A stretch of 32,000 nucleotides of DNA from Vibrio alginolyticus NBRC 15630 = ATCC 17749 (GTDB lineage: Bacteria > Pseudomonadota > Gammaproteobacteria > Enterobacterales > Vibrionaceae), in NCBI RefSeq assembly GCF_000354175.2, contig NC_022349.1, forward strand, positions 1,500,001-1,532,000, in the 5' to 3' direction. Both the position numbers and the translations under genes were made by a program. This document shows positions 28,412 to 32,000 of this stretch, one piece after another (the stretch's first letter is position 1; the number at the start of each line of letters is the position of its first letter). The notes under the pieces were generated by a model that saw only the letters and a list, made by a program, of their open reading frames with translations, did not search any database and was not told the origin of the DNA.

Positions 28412-29511
28412 TCACCGGAGCCCGAGCACCAGTTGCACTAGAGTGGGCAACCATGTGTATGCATCATGGGCATGAAGTAATTCTCACCGATTCGCTAAAA
28501 AAGCCTCTGGGATCATTTTTGCGAGGTATCGAGTCTTATATACCCACCGCTTCACCTCGATTTACGTTTCCCACCTATCAACAGCAGATCCTAAAAATCA
28601 TTACTCAGATGCGTATTGATATAGTGATACCCACTTGTGAAGAAGTTTATTACTTGGCTCATGTTGCCAAACAATGCCCAGAAGTAGATTTTTTTCTGCC
28701 CAATGTGGGACTACTCAATGCCCTGCACAACAAGTTGACCGTCTTTGAACAGCTTCAAGGTTTGCCAGAAATCACACTTCCAAAAACTCGTTTGGTCGCT
28801 GATAAAAGTGAGATTGAAATTAATAAGAGAACCGTTCTAAAACCCGTTTACTCTCGGTTTGGCGGGCAAGTCATAAGAGATGTGACGACTCAGTCTATTT
28901 CTGCCGCCACGATATCGCCCCTTTTCCCTTGGGTTCAGCAACAAAAAATCCATGGGACTCCGGTGTGTAACTATGCCATTTTTGAACATGGTGACCTTAA
29001 AGCACACCAAGCTTATGTGCCGAAATACTGTGTAAACGGCTCGGCCGCCAGTGCTTTTCAGCCGATCTCGTGCGAACGACTAGATACATTTATCGCAGCT
29101 TTTGGTAAACGTCATACTTATCATGGGCAAGTGTCGTTTGACTTCATCAAATCACAAGATGAACTCTACGTGATTGAATGTAACCCAAGAGCCACCAGTG
29201 GTTTGCACCTACTCTCGTCTCGATGCAACCAACTGCTTCCTAATATGGAGTTTACCAGTCCTTCCGAGCAGCGATTGCATCATTTAGGTCCAATAACACT
29301 CATCGCTGAAGGCGGGTTATCCCTGTTCAAGGCTCGAACTTGGCTAGATTGGTGGTCTGGAGTGAATGTGATGCAACAGCATAACTTACCGGTCGGGAGC
29401 CAAATCCGGAGTATGTTTGAATTACTCCGGTTAGCTAGGCAGAACAAGACGAAGTGGAGCGACGCTTCTACCGTTGATATTGAGTGGAATGGAGAGGCAT
29501 TGAACTCATGA
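28399..29511 (+). CDS. ATP-grasp family ligase
   Basis: 370 aa with an N-terminal pre-ATP-grasp Rossmann-like segment (MRVLITGARAPVALE), ATP-binding Lys context VLKPVYSRFG and a Mg/ATP site in LYVIECNPRATSG. 13-nt overlap with the upstream gene. Confidence 0.85.
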   Translation: MRVLITGARAPVALEWATMCMHHGHEVILTDSLKKPLGSFLRGIESYIPTASPRFTFPTYQQQILKIITQMRIDIVIPTCEEVYYLAHVAKQCPEVDFFLPNVGLLNALHNKLTVFEQLQGLPEITLPKTRLVADKSEIEINKRTVLKPVYSRFGGQVIRDVTTQSISAATISPLFPWVQQQKIHGTPVCNYAIFEHGDLKAHQAYVPKYCVNGSAASAFQPISCERLDTFIAAFGKRHTYHGQVSFDFIKSQDELYVIECNPRATSGLHLLSSRCNQLLPNMEFTSPSEQRLHHLGPITLIAEGGLSLFKARTWLDWWSGVNVMQQHNLPVGSQIRSMFELLRLARQNKTKWSDASTVDIEWNGEALNS

Positions 29512-30581
29512 CACTTTCCTCTCAAGAATGGCATCAAACCTTTATCACTCTCATGCAGTCAAATCCTATTGATGAATGCACAGCAAGCTTTGGTTGCTAC
29601 TATATCGATGACGTTGCCATTCCTTACTCCGTAACACCAAAAATACCAAACAACTGTTATGCAGTCTCCCCTATGACACTGCTTAGTGGCTACGCCGAAG
29701 AAGAGCTTCACAAAGTCAAAAATGTGGCTGTTCGATGGGTATGTAAGTTACTTATTAATATGACTAAACCAATCTTATCACTGGCTGGATTGGATCAAGT
29801 CCAAACGCTCAACAATCAGTGCTTGTCCACCAATATGTATAGCGAACAATGGGCAGCCTTAAATCTCGATGAACTGCGTCGCGTCGCACGCGATCAATAC
29901 CCCACCTTTCCCTTGGTGCTTCGCTCCCTCAACCAGCGTCAGCATTTACACTTAATTCAGCGATTGAAGCAGCCAAAATGGCAAAGCTTGGTAACACGAC
30001 AAGTGTATTTACTTGATGATTGGCAAGCGTTCAGCTTCAACCGAGATTTAACGAAAGACTTCAAACTGCTTAATGATAAAGATTGGCAGTTTAGGCCACT
30101 GACCACTGATGAAGAGTTTCAGCGTGCCAAAGAGTTATATGACATGCTTTACCTTGATAAATACAGCCTCAATAACATACAGTTTTCAACCCAATATTTA
30201 AAACAGGCGAGCCAGAACAAATTAGTACAGTTAGTGGGACTGTTTTATCAAGAAGAGATGCTGGCTACGTTAGGCATTGTAGAAATTGATAATGATATGA
30301 CTTGCCCAATTTTTGGCTACGATACCAATAAGCCACAACGCCTCGCATTGTATCGTCGAATATCGGCCTATACCATCCGCCACGCAATGATATTCCAGCG
30401 TCGCTTTAATATGAGCTCAGGTGCTCCGGCTTTTAAACGCAACAGAAAAGCCCGGCCAGAAATTGAATTTAGCTATGTTTATATTGCGCACTTACCTTGG
30501 TACAAACGCATAATTTGGAAAAGCTTATGCTGGCTCACTCAGCACTTTTATCGCCCTTTGTTGATGCGTTTTCAGCTATAA
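29508..30581 (+). CDS. Uncharacterised protein with a C-terminal FemAB/CelD-like (GNAT-fold) acyltransferase-like region
   Basis: ORF-track start 29484 trimmed to ATG 29508 (MTLSSQEWH...), an ATGA overlap with the ATP-grasp stop. The C-terminal segment GYDTNKPQRLALYRRISAYTIRHAMIFQRRFNMSSGAPAFKRNRKARP resembles the G..D....LY...i..A...g...f.mg.Ga..fK..RGa.P pattern of FemAB/CelD-like acyltransferases. I see no motif in the N-terminal ~200 aa. Confidence 0.7.
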   Translation: MTLSSQEWHQTFITLMQSNPIDECTASFGCYYIDDVAIPYSVTPKIPNNCYAVSPMTLLSGYAEEELHKVKNVAVRWVCKLLINMTKPILSLAGLDQVQTLNNQCLSTNMYSEQWAALNLDELRRVARDQYPTFPLVLRSLNQRQHLHLIQRLKQPKWQSLVTRQVYLLDDWQAFSFNRDLTKDFKLLNDKDWQFRPLTTDEEFQRAKELYDMLYLDKYSLNNIQFSTQYLKQASQNKLVQLVGLFYQEEMLATLGIVEIDNDMTCPIFGYDTNKPQRLALYRRISAYTIRHAMIFQRRFNMSSGAPAFKRNRKARPEIEFSYVYIAHLPWYKRIIWKSLCWLTQHFYRPLLMRFQL

Positions 30582-30628
30582 ACCGACATCTATAATCAGG
30601 TAAGCCTGCGTACACAGTCTCAATCGAT

Positions 30629-30658
30629 AAAAAAGCCTGCGACGTTCGCAGGCTTTTT
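30629..30658. terminator. Bidirectional rho-independent terminator (end of six-gene operon / AbgT gene)
   Basis: AAAAA-GCCTGCGA-cgt-TCGCAGGC-TTTTT between convergent genes. Confidence 0.85.
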
Positions 30659-30687
30659 ATAATGGAGCTGTGTGAGGTAACCGTTTT

Positions 30688-32000
30688 CTACGGTGTGTAG
30701 TATGTTGCTGCGCCAGGGCCTACTGGTAAACCAAATACGAATACCCATAGGTAGAACAGCACACTCCAACCTACAATGAAGCAGATTGAGTAAGGTAGCA
30801 TGGTCGCGATCAGCGTACCGATACCTAAGTTCTTCATGTAACGAGTCGCTACGGCAAGAATCAAACCAAAGTAGCTCATCATTGGAGTAATGATGTTTGT
30901 CGTCGAGTCACCAATTCGGTAAGCAGCCTGAATCGTTTCCGGTGCATAACCAACAAGCATCAACATAGGAACAAAAATCGGAGCCGTTACTGCCCACTGT
31001 GCCGATGCCGAACCAATCATTAGGTTGATAAATCCACACATCAGGATGAAGGCAAAGAACAACATTGGGCCAGTTAAGCCAATTTCTTGCAGGAAGCTAG
31101 CGCCAGCAACCGCGAATACCTGACCGAAGTTAGTCCATTTAAAGAAAGCAACGAACTGAGCCGCAAAGAAAACTAATACAATGTACATGCCCATAGAAGA
31201 CATAGATTTCGCCATTGCATCAATTACATCGCGATCCGTCTTCATCGTGCCAACAACTTTACCAAACACAAAGCCTGGAATAGCAAAGAACACAAAGATG
31301 AATGCCACGATACTTTTCAGGAATGGTGAACCTGCAATTGTACCTGCATCAGAACGTAGAATGCCGTCTTCTGGAACAACCGTCCAAGCAAGCAGCGCTG
31401 AAACAACCAGTACAGCAACACCTGCTAGTTTTAGGCCTTTCTTCTCAATGTCTGTTAAGCCACCCATTTTGTCGTTCGACAAATCTTCTGAGGCTTCTTC
31501 TTCACTGTATTTGCCAAGCTTTGGCTCAACAATTTTTTCAGTAACAAACGCACCTGTGATTGCAATGAAGAATGTCGACACAAACATGAAGTACCAGTTA
31601 ACTTCTGGACCAACAGTGTAAGTTGGGTCGATCATTTGCGCCGCCGTTTCAGTAATGCCTGACAACAGCGGGTCAACCGTACCAATAAGTAGGTTTGCTG
31701 AGTAACCACCAGATACACCAGCGAACGCCGCAGCAAGACCGGCAAGTGGGTGACGACCTAAAGAATGGAACAGCATTGCAGCCAGTGGAATAAGTACCAC
31801 ATAGCCAAGCTCTGATGCCGTATTTGAAATGATACCCGCGAAAACGACCGTCACTGTTACCATGCGTTGAGATGCACCCATGACTAAGCCACGCATTGCT
31901 GCAGATAGCAAGCCTGAGTATTCAGCAATAGCAACACCCAACATAGCAACCAATACCGTACCCAAAGGTGCAAAGCCGACAAAGTTTTTCACTAGATTGG
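30688..32000 (-). CDS. AbgT family (p-aminobenzoyl-glutamate / antimetabolite) transporter, partial (N-terminus beyond window end)
   Basis: The reading frame is open to base 32000. It is a polytopic membrane protein with AbgT-like sequence (FVGFAPLGTVLVAMLGVAIAEYSGL..., ...IGDSTTNIITPMMSYFGL...). The ORF-track Met at 31992 is internal. Confidence 0.88.
   Translation of the reverse strand, partial: NLVKNFVGFAPLGTVLVAMLGVAIAEYSGLLSAAMRGLVMGASQRMVTVTVVFAGIISNTASELGYVVLIPLAAMLFHSLGRHPLAGLAAAFAGVSGGYSANLLIGTVDPLLSGITETAAQMIDPTYTVGPEVNWYFMFVSTFFIAITGAFVTEKIVEPKLGKYSEEEASEDLSNDKMGGLTDIEKKGLKLAGVAVLVVSALLAWTVVPEDGILRSDAGTIAGSPFLKSIVAFIFVFFAIPGFVFGKVVGTMKTDRDVIDAMAKSMSSMGMYIVLVFFAAQFVAFFKWTNFGQVFAVAGASFLQEIGLTGPMLFFAFILMCGFINLMIGSASAQWAVTAPIFVPMLMLVGYAPETIQAAYRIGDSTTNIITPMMSYFGLILAVATRYMKNLGIGTLIATMLPYSICFIVGWSVLFYLWVFVFGLPVGPGAATYYTP

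Noticed and set aside
24351-30581. Calling the six-gene operon a horizontally acquired genomic island
   Set aside because: GC content in 60-nt samples that I counted by hand (about 43-52%) is not distinguishable from the core genes (about 35-50%). There are no flanking direct repeats, tRNA or mobility genes. Accessory status can only be established by comparative genomics.
30601-30641. Short direct repeat AAGCCTGCG (30602-30610 and 30633-30641) near the operon end
   Set aside because: It is only 9 nt long, and one copy is simply the left arm of the terminator hairpin. There is no evidence that it is an att-like site.
31181-31621. 146-aa and 80-aa plus-strand ORFs inside the AbgT transporter gene
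   Set aside because: They are antisense to a long, clearly membrane-protein-like frame.
1-32000. N-terminal extensions given by the ORF track (lpxA 2678, skp 4957, tsf 14112, rpsB 14955, truC 20336, yqcC 20700, adenylating enzyme 27062, last operon gene 29484)
   Set aside because: The longest-ORF starts would overlap upstream genes or add non-conserved residues. Internal ATGs reproduce the expected orthologue lengths and N-termini, and have better Shine-Dalgarno or coupling context.
1-32000. Search for CRISPR arrays, tRNA/rRNA genes, IS elements, integrases and prophage or island boundaries
   Set aside because: I found no regularly spaced direct repeats, no tRNA-like cloverleaf region and no transposase- or integrase-like ORF. 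The only repeat-rich non-coding stretch is explained by the CsrB-like sRNA.

Overview
The window looks like a Vibrio-type (Vibrionaceae) chromosomal segment. That is my inference from gene order and protein sequences, with no database search. Bases 1-18,918 hold the conserved envelope and translation block. On the minus strand it reads rnhB (partial)-lpxB-lpxA-fabZ-lpxD-skp-bamA-rseP-dxr-cdsA-uppS-frr-pyrH-tsf-rpsB, with map-glnD divergent on the plus strand. Bases 19,061-22,506 carry a DUF3461-like gene, truC-yqcC, a DUF3549/DUF3301-like pair and a GNAT acetyltransferase. Bases ~22,758-23,162 (minus strand) encode a ~400-nt CsrB-family sRNA that the ORF track cannot show. It has 26 GGA motifs on the minus strand and none on the plus strand, an intrinsic terminator, a sigma70-like promoter and an upstream GacA/UvrY/VarA-box palindrome. 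Bases 23,417-24,156 hold a KfrA_N-like small protein translationally coupled to a YaiI/DUF188 protein. The main hunt result is a tightly overlapping six-gene operon at 24,351-30,581. It encodes a FabH-like KAS III, an extended SDR, an MBL-fold hydrolase, an F390-synthetase/PaaK-like adenylating enzyme, an ATP-grasp ligase and a FemAB/CelD-like acyltransferase-like protein. It has no carrier protein, PKS/NRPS, regulator or transporter. I read it as an orphan small-molecule biosynthetic system whose enzyme logic resembles beta-lactone (Ole/Lst/Nlt) or Pqs-type pathways but is not orthologous to them. The window ends in a partial AbgT-family transporter gene. I saw no CRISPR array, rRNA/tRNA gene, transposase or integrase.
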